From a virus: a stretch of DNA of 64,000 nucleotides. The translations under genes were made by a program, and so were the position numbers. Below are positions 27,857 through 36,375 of this stretch, one piece after another. How positions within the stretch are numbered: position 1 is the first letter of the stretch; each line of letters starts with the position of its first letter. The notes beneath the pieces are model-generated. The model was not told the DNA's origin and made no database searches. It saw nothing but the letters and a program-made list of their open reading frames with translations. The stretch lies in IMG/VR virus record IMGVR_UViG_3300049825_001003, positions 6,133 to 70,132 of that record; one strand, given 5' to 3'.

Positions 27857-28285
27857 ATGCCTAAAGACAACAGGAAGATACTAGACGCAGTTATTCGTGC
27901 ATTCACAGTCACTAAGAAAGACGTGATTTTGTTTGTGGTGAGTATGGTTGTTATATTTGGGAGCATCATCGCGATTGACAAGATCTATCAGCCTGTCGAC
28001 AACAAGACATTAGAATGCACTGATTTTATTCAGAGCTTTGCTTTATCGAAGGCAGCTGATGAGGCTATAGTTCCGGTGCAGTCTACTCCCGATGGTGGAG
28101 TCATGGTTGGAATCACAAGCACTACCAAACTAAGAATGCTCGTTATTGTGAATGACAAAATTGCCGAAGATTTACGCAGTCGACTGACTTTAAAACAGAA
28201 AGGCATTTGCATCCACAGCGCCACTGGATGGAAATACAATGTTTTTAATGCTGAAGTGGAAATCAATAATAATCAAACGTTGTAA
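27857..28285 (+). CDS. Membrane-anchored hypothetical protein
   Basis: One transmembrane helix (VILFVVSMVVIFGSIIAI). Confidence 0.65.
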   Translation: MPKDNRKILDAVIRAFTVTKKDVILFVVSMVVIFGSIIAIDKIYQPVDNKTLECTDFIQSFALSKAADEAIVPVQSTPDGGVMVGITSTTKLRMLVIVNDKIAEDLRSRLTLKQKGICIHSATGWKYNVFNAEVEINNNQTL

Positions 28286-28290
28286 ATAAG

Positions 28291-28308
28291 CAGTTCCATA
28301 TGGAACTG
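28291..28308. repeat. Perfect 18-bp palindrome, possible protein-binding site
   Basis: CAGTTCCATATGGAACTG; right arm repeated imperfectly at 28328-28343. Confidence 0.7.
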
Positions 28309-28342
28309 AAAACTTTCAAGTGCCGATTGGAACTAAAACTTC

Positions 28343-28594
28343 ATGAGCTACCAGAAACGCAAAAAAGCAAAATGGTATTTAAGACCAGCGTATATCGATA
28401 AGTCGCCAAAGCAGGTTAAAAAATTGACCTTCTGGCGGCGAATCGGCGTTGTCATTGACAGGGCTAAGTGTTCATTAGGCTTTCACAATGAGAGGACTGT
28501 TGCTCAATACAGTGGTAGGATTTTCTCCTATTGCCTTTGCTGTGGCAAAAAAGGCTCTCGAAAAGCTGCGAAAAAACTTGTTGACAACAATTAG
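28343..28594 (+). CDS. Small basic Cys/His protein
   Basis: CSLGFH...CLCCG motif. Confidence 0.55.
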   Translation: MSYQKRKKAKWYLRPAYIDKSPKQVKKLTFWRRIGVVIDRAKCSLGFHNERTVAQYSGRIFSYCLCCGKKGSRKAAKKLVDNN

Positions 28595-28608
28595 AAAAAC
28601 AATAGTCT
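28581..28608 (+). promoter_or_regulatory. sigma70-type promoter
   Basis: TTGACA-N16-TAGTCT with upstream A-tract. Confidence 0.55.
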
Positions 28609-28706
28609 GTCAAAGCAATCAACTTTCTTCTCTCTCTTCCTTAAAGGAGTTTTTTAATGAGTATTGACGGGGGTACAAAGTTCATGTTCTCCAGGGTTGG
28701 TATTCA

Positions 28707-30356
28707 ATGAAAGCACAAAAATGGACAAAAGAATCTTTCCAGGCATGGTTAGATGAAAATATGTTAAAGATTCAAGTCATTGAGTTTAATGGATATCAAG
28801 AAAAATCCCTGCTTAGACATGATCAGTATGGGAATTGGTACAAATCAGTAAAACAGGCACTGTCAGACATGAAAAGAAGGGGACATGTGTCTCATCCATC
28901 ATCAGGAACATTACGTCTCAAACAAACCATGCTGGCCAAGTATGGGGTAGAAAGCCCATCTCAATTACCTGACTATAAAGAAAAAACAAAAAAAACCAGC
29001 CTAAAAAGATATGGCGTTGATAATCCTGCCAAAAGTCCTGAAATTCAAAAAAAAATTAAACAAACTAATTTAGAAAAATATGGAACTGAGTGCGTTTTTG
29101 AAAATAAAAACATAAAACAGCAAATCCGTGCAACAAACTTAGAAAAATATGGACACGAGCACGCTCTGTCATCCCCAGACATTAAACAGAAAGCTAAAGA
29201 TGCCTATTTTTCGAAATACGGCGTTGAGCATGTAAAGGACATTCCGGGAAGTACAGAAAAGGCAAAAAAAACTAATTTGGAAAAATACGGCACTGAGTGC
29301 ACTCTTAATAGACCTGGCATTAGAGAAAAAATCAAGCAAGATTGTTTAGAAAAACATGGGGTGGAGTATTTTTATCAAACATCAGAATTCAAAGAAAAGT
29401 CTGCAAAAACTAACATGCAGAAATATGGAGTAGAGAACATCTTTCATTCCAAGGATTTTCAGGATGCTGCTTTTTTAATCAAGCAAAATAACGGGCAGAC
29501 AAGAAAGTCCAAGGCTGAGATTGAGATACTGGAGTTCTGTAAAGCTACAATTGACCCGGATACGTCATCCACTATCGTGAAAAACAAAGAAAGGAATTTT
29601 CAGATTGACGTTAAAATCCCAAGTAAAAACATATGCATAGAATTCAATGGATCTTATTGGCATTCTGAGGCAAATTCAAAAATCTACCCAAGGTATCATT
29701 TAGAAAAAACTTTGGCTTGTCAAAGCCAAGGACTGAGACTTGTTCACATATGGGAGCATGAATGGAAAGAAAAGAAACCTCAAATATTGTCTTATATAAA
29801 ATCAATATCTGGAATTTTCGAAAGGAGAATCTTTGCCAGAAAAACTACGTGCAAGCTGGTAGATGCAATTACTGCCAATGAATTCTTGGAAGGGAACCAT
29901 CTTTTGGGCAAAGTGACCCACTTGCATGCTCATGGGCTGTTCTTCAATGAAGAGTTGGTAGGCCTGGCTACTTTAGGAAGACATCACAGGAAAACAGACA
30001 TACTTGTACTTTCCAGAATGTCCTTTAAAAGTGGGGTGCAGATAATCGGAGGAATGTCAAAGCTATCTCAGGTTGTATTAATCAACTCTTCCTCTGATCA
30101 GATCATTACTTGGGCAGACAGGCGACTTGGGGCACTAGAGGGGTATCTGCAATCTGGGTGGTCAGTTGAAGAGGAGATGCCTCCTGATTATTTTTACTGG
30201 GATGACAAGAACAAGAAGGCTGTTTCTAAGCAATCAAGACGTAAATCTGCAGTTGGCACCCCAGAAGGAATGACCGAGCACGAACATGCTTTACAAGACA
30301 GACTTTACCGGATCTATGATTGTGGGAAAATTCGTCTGGTATTAAAAAAACCTTGA
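28707..30356 (+). mobile_element. Free-standing endonuclease-like gene: 8 x 23-aa KYG repeats + PD-(D/E)xK nuclease + Hef-like/GNAT (Mom-like) C-terminal domain
   Basis: Repeats aa 71-254; IDVKIP...IEFNGSYWH...HIWEHEW nuclease; FLEGNHLLG, LSRM, GGMSKL, TWADRR, IYDCG C-terminal domain. Confidence 0.8.
28917..29468 (+). repeat. Eight tandem 69-bp (23-aa) KYG repeats (DUF7487-like)
   Basis: e.g. IKQTNLEKYGTECVFENKNIKQQ / IRATNLEKYGHEHALSSPDIKQK. Confidence 0.9.
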
Positions 30357-30407
30357 TTTTATTTTTTAATATGATAACACTGAACCTGTTAAATAAGGAG
30401 AATCTGA

Positions 30408-31580
30408 ATGAGTATCAGTATACTGTCGAAGCTTTTTAAAGATGAAATGTCTACAGTAGCTTCTGTAGGAGCGGCGGCTCAAATAGTCAACAAGCTTGAA
30501 TGTGGGGACCCTGCTCTTTCTTGGTGTTTGGGAAGTTGGACCCTAAACCGTCCAAATTTAATATACGGACCTTCGGGAAGCGGAAAGAGCGCCCTGGCTA
30601 GTATTGGAGCAGGAAAGGCTCAAAAGAAACGCCCAGGTTCTTTAGTAATTTTTAATGATACTGAATTTTACTACCATGAGCAGCCAGATCGTATTAAGCG
30701 TCTTGAGAAATACGGAATAGACATTGACAATACAATGATTATTCCAGGGAACACGCTTGACGATGCTTTTGGTAAATTAGCTCAAATTGAAAATTTATTA
30801 AAGGAAGGGAAGATAGATGTTTCGGCCTGGGTTATTGACTCATGGCAGGGTATCGAAAATATATCTGCTGCAAAAAAACTTGATGAAAACAAAAATGGAG
30901 AAGGCGCTTCCGATGCTGGGAATGCCCATCGTGGTAACGCGAAATCAATGAACCCGATTCTAACTCGAATCCTCGGACTCTGTGCTAAATACAAAATTAC
31001 CCTCTTCATCGTTCAGCACGTGATGGTGTCTCAGGACCAATACGGGCCTAAGTTCCAAATGCTTGGTGGCGAGAAGCTTCGTCACTTGTGCGACTCCATT
31101 CTTTATGTGGAATCCATTTCGGCTAAAGACTCGAAACTCAATGCAGATGGAGAGGTCGCCGGTCAGGATGATATTGTTGTAGGCAAAAAAATCCGTGGCA
31201 GAGGTGAGAAAACTCGCAACACTGTAGAAGGTAAAAAAGTCGAGTTCTGGATGGACTTCGAGAATTGTTCTTTTGCCAAAGCAGAAGAGAGTTTACTTTC
31301 CCTAGCCGAGAATCTTGGTGTGGTTTATACGCCATTTGAATTAGAAGTCGATGCCAATGGTAAGCCTGTGATTGACAAGAAAACTGGCAAACAGAAAAAG
31401 AAAGAAGAACGTGGTTATTACGAAGCTAATTTGGAAAATGGAGTGTTCAAGGTGTTTGGACGCCCTAAGATGCTTGAGAAACTGAAAGATCCTTCTGTGT
31501 TTGCTCAAGTACAGAAAGCCTGTATGCAGTCCAACAGTATGAATGCTAGTAAAGGAACTGACGAAGATGCAGCTGATTAA
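30408..31580 (+). CDS. recA: RecA/UvsX-like recombinase
   Basis: IYGPSGSGKS Walker A, DTE, VIDSW Walker B, GGEKLRH, KTRN. Confidence 0.9.
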   Translation: MSISILSKLFKDEMSTVASVGAAAQIVNKLECGDPALSWCLGSWTLNRPNLIYGPSGSGKSALASIGAGKAQKKRPGSLVIFNDTEFYYHEQPDRIKRLEKYGIDIDNTMIIPGNTLDDAFGKLAQIENLLKEGKIDVSAWVIDSWQGIENISAAKKLDENKNGEGASDAGNAHRGNAKSMNPILTRILGLCAKYKITLFIVQHVMVSQDQYGPKFQMLGGEKLRHLCDSILYVESISAKDSKLNADGEVAGQDDIVVGKKIRGRGEKTRNTVEGKKVEFWMDFENCSFAKAEESLLSLAENLGVVYTPFELEVDANGKPVIDKKTGKQKKKEERGYYEANLENGVFKVFGRPKMLEKLKDPSVFAQVQKACMQSNSMNASKGTDEDAAD

Positions 31581-32064
31581 GCTTTTTCTCGTTCTCATTT
31601 CTTTGACTTTCTTTAAGGGGAGTGGAGCTTTTGTCTACTCTAGGCTCATTGTAGTTTCAGACCTTGAGCCTTTAGCCGTGCGCTACATGGAAGCTTGTAC
31701 TTCTGCAGGTAGAAAATGTGCAGAGCGCTTAGATTCCCAATTCCTTTACTTGAAAGTCACTTGGGCAAGCTCCTTGCCGAATGGATTCATTGGCCTCTGT
31801 GAAGGATGGAAGAAAAAAACTGGAGATTTCTATGGGACAGTTTATATTTCCACTTCTCTAAGAAAGGCAGATCCCGAGTTCTTGTATTTGGTTTTGGCGC
31901 ACGAAATGGAACACTGCTTGCGTCGTGTCGATCATTCTCCTGAGGGGCAAGACACTTTGATGTCAGTTCGGATGATGACTCTTGATCAGGTCAATAAGAA
32001 ATTCGGCTCAGCTGACGGTGCAGTTTCCAGTTCTCTCATTTCTAACAACCCTGACCAGTGGTGA
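31567..32064 (+). CDS. Exported or membrane-anchored zinc metallopeptidase (matrixin-like)
   Basis: N-terminal hydrophobic leader; IGLC; HEMEHCLRRVDH...LM (HExxH..H plus Met-turn). Confidence 0.7.
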   Translation: MQLIKLFLVLISLTFFKGSGAFVYSRLIVVSDLEPLAVRYMEACTSAGRKCAERLDSQFLYLKVTWASSLPNGFIGLCEGWKKKTGDFYGTVYISTSLRKADPEFLYLVLAHEMEHCLRRVDHSPEGQDTLMSVRMMTLDQVNKKFGSADGAVSSSLISNNPDQW

Positions 32065-32068
32065 TTCA

Positions 32069-32608
32069 ATGGAACTCGAAGAAGCTGAACAGCCAGAACC
32101 GACTTCCTACTCTGCTGTCTTTGTCGGGCCTCTAAAGGGCGACGTTGGAGCAATATCCCTTCTTCTGGCAACAGTGATTGAAGGATGTTTTCGTCGAGCC
32201 TACGAACTAGACGACATCTGGAAATGGAACACAAAGAGTGAAGTTGCACTGCTGGAAGAAAGAAGGGCTTTTATTTTTGAGAAAATCGAAACTCTCCTAA
32301 AGGATAAAAAACTTCGCCACGTGCCAAGTTTCCTAAGTAAGTCCGGTCTCCCTATGGAAGGCAAAATCAGAATACCTTCAGGAGTGAGTTTTTTCTCTGA
32401 CAGTAGTCTTTCTCCTGATTTTTTCGGCAATGGAAAAAAAGCAAAAAAAAGACTTGCGTTCTTCAAAATTTTAATAAAGAATGAGCTCACGAAACTAACA
32501 AAAGGCTTAGAAAATGACAAAAAAGAGAAGCTCAGGAACCTTATCTCCAGAAAACCTAGAGCAAAGTCCATTAGAAAAACAGGAACCACCAACAGTGCAA
32601 GCACCTAG
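32069..32608 (+). CDS. Hypothetical protein
   Basis: GGTGA RBS before ATG 32069; 3' end overlaps the next gene. Confidence 0.5.
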   Translation: MELEEAEQPEPTSYSAVFVGPLKGDVGAISLLLATVIEGCFRRAYELDDIWKWNTKSEVALLEERRAFIFEKIETLLKDKKLRHVPSFLSKSGLPMEGKIRIPSGVSFFSDSSLSPDFFGNGKKAKKRLAFFKILIKNELTKLTKGLENDKKEKLRNLISRKPRAKSIRKTGTTNSAST

Positions 32609-33062
32609 TCCTGTCGGCATGACCTCATTACAAAAGATGAGACTTGTGAGTGCTCTTACTGGAGCGTGCAGGAACGATGCTCTCCTCAAGGCTTTCTCTT
32701 CTATGGAAGAAGGAAATGTTTTGCTCGAAATATTTGCAGAAGCTGTGAATAGAAAGATGGAGGAAATGTTTACAAAAGCCGATAAGAGTGATGGGGCTGG
32801 AGTAGTTCCTTTGGCTGAAAAGATTGACGAGCTTTACGCGAAGGTTTCGGCAATTAGTCAGTCTGGAGCCATTCAGGCAATTGAAGTGTTAGCTCGGAAC
32901 ATAGGAGGAGGTGGAGTGGCTCCTCAGCGTGCACCTCAACCGCAGGCGCATTCACAAGACCAGCTAATTGCTCAGGCGCACATGGCTCAGTCTAGGGCTT
33001 TAGCTCAACAACCTCAGATCAATACCGGCGGTCTAGAAATGCTCGGTGGATTTAATTTTTAA
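32514..33062 (+). CDS. Hypothetical protein
   Basis: 182-aa ORF, Gln/Pro-rich C-terminus. Confidence 0.65.
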   Translation: MTKKRSSGTLSPENLEQSPLEKQEPPTVQAPSPVGMTSLQKMRLVSALTGACRNDALLKAFSSMEEGNVLLEIFAEAVNRKMEEMFTKADKSDGAGVVPLAEKIDELYAKVSAISQSGAIQAIEVLARNIGGGGVAPQRAPQPQAHSQDQLIAQAHMAQSRALAQQPQINTGGLEMLGGFNF

Positions 33063-33114
33063 TCAGTTTTAGCCAATGTGGCTAATTGTTTCCTTAACTT
33101 AGACAGGAGTTTTT

Positions 33115-33519
33115 ATGACAAAGTTTAGTGGTTCTGGCGAACATACACTTGTTATGGATGAAAAAGTTTCAAAAAAGCTTAAGTCTCTTAGCGAAAAGCT
33201 TTCTGGTGGCCGAGAAGATGACGACACTCCTATCGAAGACCGAAAGGCTTATAAAGCTTTTGCCAAAAAATTCGGAACAGAAGGTGCTGAAATTTTCTTG
33301 AACAAAACCCGCCAAGAACTTGAAGACGTAATTTCTTACAATGTTCTTGAAATCTCGAAAGCTAAGGATGAAGTCGAGACAACTCCTTCTTATATTAGTG
33401 CTGCTCAGGCATTGAAGGATTTAAAAGGTGGACTGAAGGAAGTCACTGACCCTATGAAGAGTGCAATCAGCCTTGCGACTCTAATCATCAACCAAAAATA
33501 CCCTGACAAAGAAGCTTAA
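33115..33519 (+). CDS. Hypothetical helical protein
   Basis: AGGAG RBS, 134 aa. Confidence 0.7.
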   Translation: MTKFSGSGEHTLVMDEKVSKKLKSLSEKLSGGREDDDTPIEDRKAYKAFAKKFGTEGAEIFLNKTRQELEDVISYNVLEISKAKDEVETTPSYISAAQALKDLKGGLKEVTDPMKSAISLATLIINQKYPDKEA

Positions 33520-33575
33520 AATTCCACTTGCAGCAATTATCTGCAAATCTATTTGCACTTACAGGATTTAAAAAA

Positions 33576-33965
33576 ATGACACTAATCTCTAAAATTAATG
33601 ACGTAGTCGAGAAGCTTAAACCTGTATTGAAAGTTTCACGAGTAGAAATATATAGGCTACTGGCTATCAATGAGCACGAAGCTCCTTTGAAAGTAGAGTC
33701 AATCGCCAAGATTATGCGCCTGGCCGAGGTAGTTGATTATATTAGCAGTTCCGATCCTGAAGTACATCTCATGACAGCTCTAGCAGATGGAGAGATTCCT
33801 ACAATGATTGGTGGAGATCCTGGCTACATGTACTTGCTCGATTACATTATTGATTATCCAGTTGACTTTGGTTGGGTAGCAAATGTTGGGTTTGCCCTGT
33901 CAGCAGATCTAGAATCAGCAGAGATCTCTTCTGCCTTGTCTGAAGGATTTGACGTTTTAAACTAA
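33576..33965 (+). CDS. Hypothetical protein
   Basis: AGGA RBS before ATG 33576. Confidence 0.65.
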   Translation: MTLISKINDVVEKLKPVLKVSRVEIYRLLAINEHEAPLKVESIAKIMRLAEVVDYISSSDPEVHLMTALADGEIPTMIGGDPGYMYLLDYIIDYPVDFGWVANVGFALSADLESAEISSALSEGFDVLN

Positions 33966-33989
33966 AGATTCTCTAAAAACCTCCGATAA
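33963..33989 (+). promoter_or_regulatory. sigma28/FliA-type promoter heading the exonuclease-primase unit
   Basis: TAAA-N15-TCCGATAA. Confidence 0.8.
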
Positions 33990-34025
33990 GTAAAATAGGT
34001 TCTCAAACTTACTTCGGAGGTTTTT

Positions 34026-34289
34026 ATGAAATTAGCATTAATTTGCGTTTTTGGAGTAGTTGCTCTGGCTGATATGGTCAACTTCTACTTGTCTATCCAA
34101 GATCGAGAAATTGCCTCTCACCAATCTGCCATCGTAAAAGCCAATAATGATTACAAAATTGAAATATTATGTAAAAGCCTATTGCCAGATCGTGCATCTG
34201 CATGCCTAAAACTCTCTGTCCATGAGCGTTACAAATACGACGCATTTATCAATTCGCGTCCTGGTGAAGATTTCAACTGGACACGCTAA
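34026..34289 (+). CDS. Small secreted or membrane protein
   Basis: GGAGG RBS; hydrophobic N-terminus. Confidence 0.6.
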   Translation: MKLALICVFGVVALADMVNFYLSIQDREIASHQSAIVKANNDYKIEILCKSLLPDRASACLKLSVHERYKYDAFINSRPGEDFNWTR

Positions 34290-34337
34290 CAAAATCATGC
34301 TTAATGTTAGGCATCATTCTTTATAGAAAGAGACCTT

Positions 34338-34976
34338 ATGAAATATTTATCCATTGACCTGGAAACATCCAGACTGAATCCTAAAGCTCCTGATGGCATC
34401 CTCATGGCTTCTTTTGTGGTCGAGGATACTGAGAATCAATTGCCTATCAGTGAACTGCCTCACCTGACCCTATTAGTGGATCAAGGAGAAGGTTCTACAG
34501 CTCCTTGGAGCCGAGTGGCTATTTCCATGAATGCGTGGATTTTAATGGCTATAGAAATCAACTCAAAAACAAACAAAAAACAGACAATTGAGCGTCTCCG
34601 ATCAATAATCGCAGCTGAAACCTTAGACCGGGCAATTGCAGCTTCAGAAAACTATCAAGTAGTTTTAGGCGCTGCTGGTCTTGAACAAGCGGTTCTCCCC
34701 TGGTTCGATGAACATTTTGGTCCTAAGTCAAGAATCAATGTAGCTGGGAAAAATGCTGCAGGATTTGACATTCCTTTTCTTCCTACACGAATCTCCAGCA
34801 GGTTCAGAGCTCGGGTTATTGACCCTGGCAGTCTTTTCGTTAATTTCAAGACAGACTCTGAACTTCCTGCAATGGACCAGTGCCTTGCGCGCAGTGGTGT
34901 CGAGATGACTGGTACTGCTCATGACGCTTTGGCCGATGCCAGAGCGACTATTGCGATACTCAGAACAAAATATTGA
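34338..34976 (+). CDS. DEDDh 3'-5' exonuclease (DnaQ/oligoribonuclease-like)
   Basis: IDLETS, GKNAAGFDIPFL, AHDALADA motifs. Confidence 0.88.
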   Translation: MKYLSIDLETSRLNPKAPDGILMASFVVEDTENQLPISELPHLTLLVDQGEGSTAPWSRVAISMNAWILMAIEINSKTNKKQTIERLRSIIAAETLDRAIAASENYQVVLGAAGLEQAVLPWFDEHFGPKSRINVAGKNAAGFDIPFLPTRISSRFRARVIDPGSLFVNFKTDSELPAMDQCLARSGVEMTGTAHDALADARATIAILRTKY

Positions 34977-34985
34977 GGTTGAACT

Positions 34986-35933
34986 GTGCAAGACATTTCA
35001 CGTAACGCTCAAAAGTTCATAGACGTGTGTGAGACATCCGGAATTGCTTTTAAGCTTTCGGGCTCAAATGGAATGCGCATTAAAGAGTGTCCTCATTGTG
35101 GGGACAAGCAATGGAAAGCTTGGGTCTACACGATGGAAGACGCTCGAGGCGGAGCTTGTGCAAAGTGTGGAGTGAAGTACAGTTTCAGAGGCTTTTTGCT
35201 GGCCTGTGGAGTAGACAAGGACGTAGTTGATGCTCACCTGCAGCCTCACAGCACTTCACTAATTCTGGAAGAAGAGGAAGAGTCGGATGATGAGGAAAAG
35301 CCTGAACCTGTAGTTGTAGTAATTCCTCCTCTCTGGGCATACATAAGTGAAATGCCTAATCACCCGGCTTCACTTTACGCCAAGCAGCGGGGAGTTCCTG
35401 AATCTCTCTATGACAAAATCATGATCTCTCCTGCCAGCAACTCAGTGGCCTTTCTCTGTCATGACTTCGAAGGGAATTTAGTCGGATACCAGGTGCGTTT
35501 TGTAGATACTCCAATCAAAGGCCCGAAAGTTTCCACCATGAAAGATTTCAAAACTCATGAAAATATTCTGCTCTACGTGAAGGAAGGCAAGCCTTTGGTA
35601 GTGTGCGAAGGACCTTTCGATGCGGTCAGTGCTTACGTCCTTGGCTACTCAGCAGCGTGCTGCTTTGGCTCTTCTATGGGACGTGGGCAAATGGACTTAA
35701 TAAATCGCGCAATAGGAATGTGCAAAGCTCCTTTTGTTATTGCTGGACTGGACCTGGACGATGCAGGTAAGAAGGCTAAGAATAAATTACTTGGCTATTG
35801 TGAAGACAGAGGCCTTCCTGTAAAAGTAGGGTATCCGGAAACCGGCAAGGATTTGAATGAGAGTCTCATGGCAGGAAAAGGTATTTTTCTTGCAGATGAA
35901 AAACCTGAAATGTTTTTAGGCAGTTTGTTCTAA
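34986..35933 (+). CDS. dnaG: DNA primase (zinc ribbon + TOPRIM)
   Basis: CPHC...CAKC, GYQVR, CEGPFDA, DLDDAG, KDLNE. Confidence 0.88.
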   Translation: MQDISRNAQKFIDVCETSGIAFKLSGSNGMRIKECPHCGDKQWKAWVYTMEDARGGACAKCGVKYSFRGFLLACGVDKDVVDAHLQPHSTSLILEEEEESDDEEKPEPVVVVIPPLWAYISEMPNHPASLYAKQRGVPESLYDKIMISPASNSVAFLCHDFEGNLVGYQVRFVDTPIKGPKVSTMKDFKTHENILLYVKEGKPLVVCEGPFDAVSAYVLGYSAACCFGSSMGRGQMDLINRAIGMCKAPFVIAGLDLDDAGKKAKNKLLGYCEDRGLPVKVGYPETGKDLNESLMAGKGIFLADEKPEMFLGSLF

Positions 35934-35943
35934 GGAGAAGAGA

Positions 35944-36375
35944 ATGCGTCTTACTAGGAAAGTAATTACTCAAATAGAAGAAGAAGTTGTCTTTGCAATA
36001 TTGTGCAATGGCTGTGGGAAGTCGATGGTTACACACAGTTATGACCCGGACAAAGCAAACAGAGTCACGGAAAGAGTTTGCTATAACGGCCTAGATGCTT
36101 CTGTCGAAGGGAATATGAAATCTTCTGTTTTAGAAGACACGATTAAATATGAATTTAGCTTGTGCGAGCCTTGCTGTGTCAAGTTGTTCGACGGCTTTAA
36201 AATCCAGCCCACTACAAGCTGCTACATGGGTGACTGTATTGACGAGCGCTATGCAACTGATGAGCAAAAGAAGGAATATGCAGCTTTTGTTAAGGAGATG
36301 GAAGAGTTAGAACTCGAAATGCGCGGTTACTCCGATGGCGCTGGTTCCGAACTGGTAGGAGACCCCAACCCATAA
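35944..36375 (+). CDS. Hypothetical zinc-binding protein
   Basis: CNGCGK...LCEPC; AAGGAG RBS; 3' end overlaps a convergent gene. Confidence 0.65.
   Translation: MRLTRKVITQIEEEVVFAILCNGCGKSMVTHSYDPDKANRVTERVCYNGLDASVEGNMKSSVLEDTIKYEFSLCEPCCVKLFDGFKIQPTTSCYMGDCIDERYATDEQKKEYAAFVKEMEELELEMRGYSDGAGSELVGDPNP

Noticed and set aside
28394-28401. ATCGATAAG inside the 28343 gene
   Set aside because: Nearest TTAAG is at the wrong spacing and the site is intragenic.
32778-32785. GCCGATAA inside the 32514 gene
   Set aside because: Coding context (KADK) and no TAAA 15 nt upstream; not counted as a sigma28 promoter.
33069-34314. Short hairpins at 33069-33085, 33542-33557 and about 34297-34314
   Set aside because: AT-rich stems with weak or no U-tails; not enough support to call terminators or operators.
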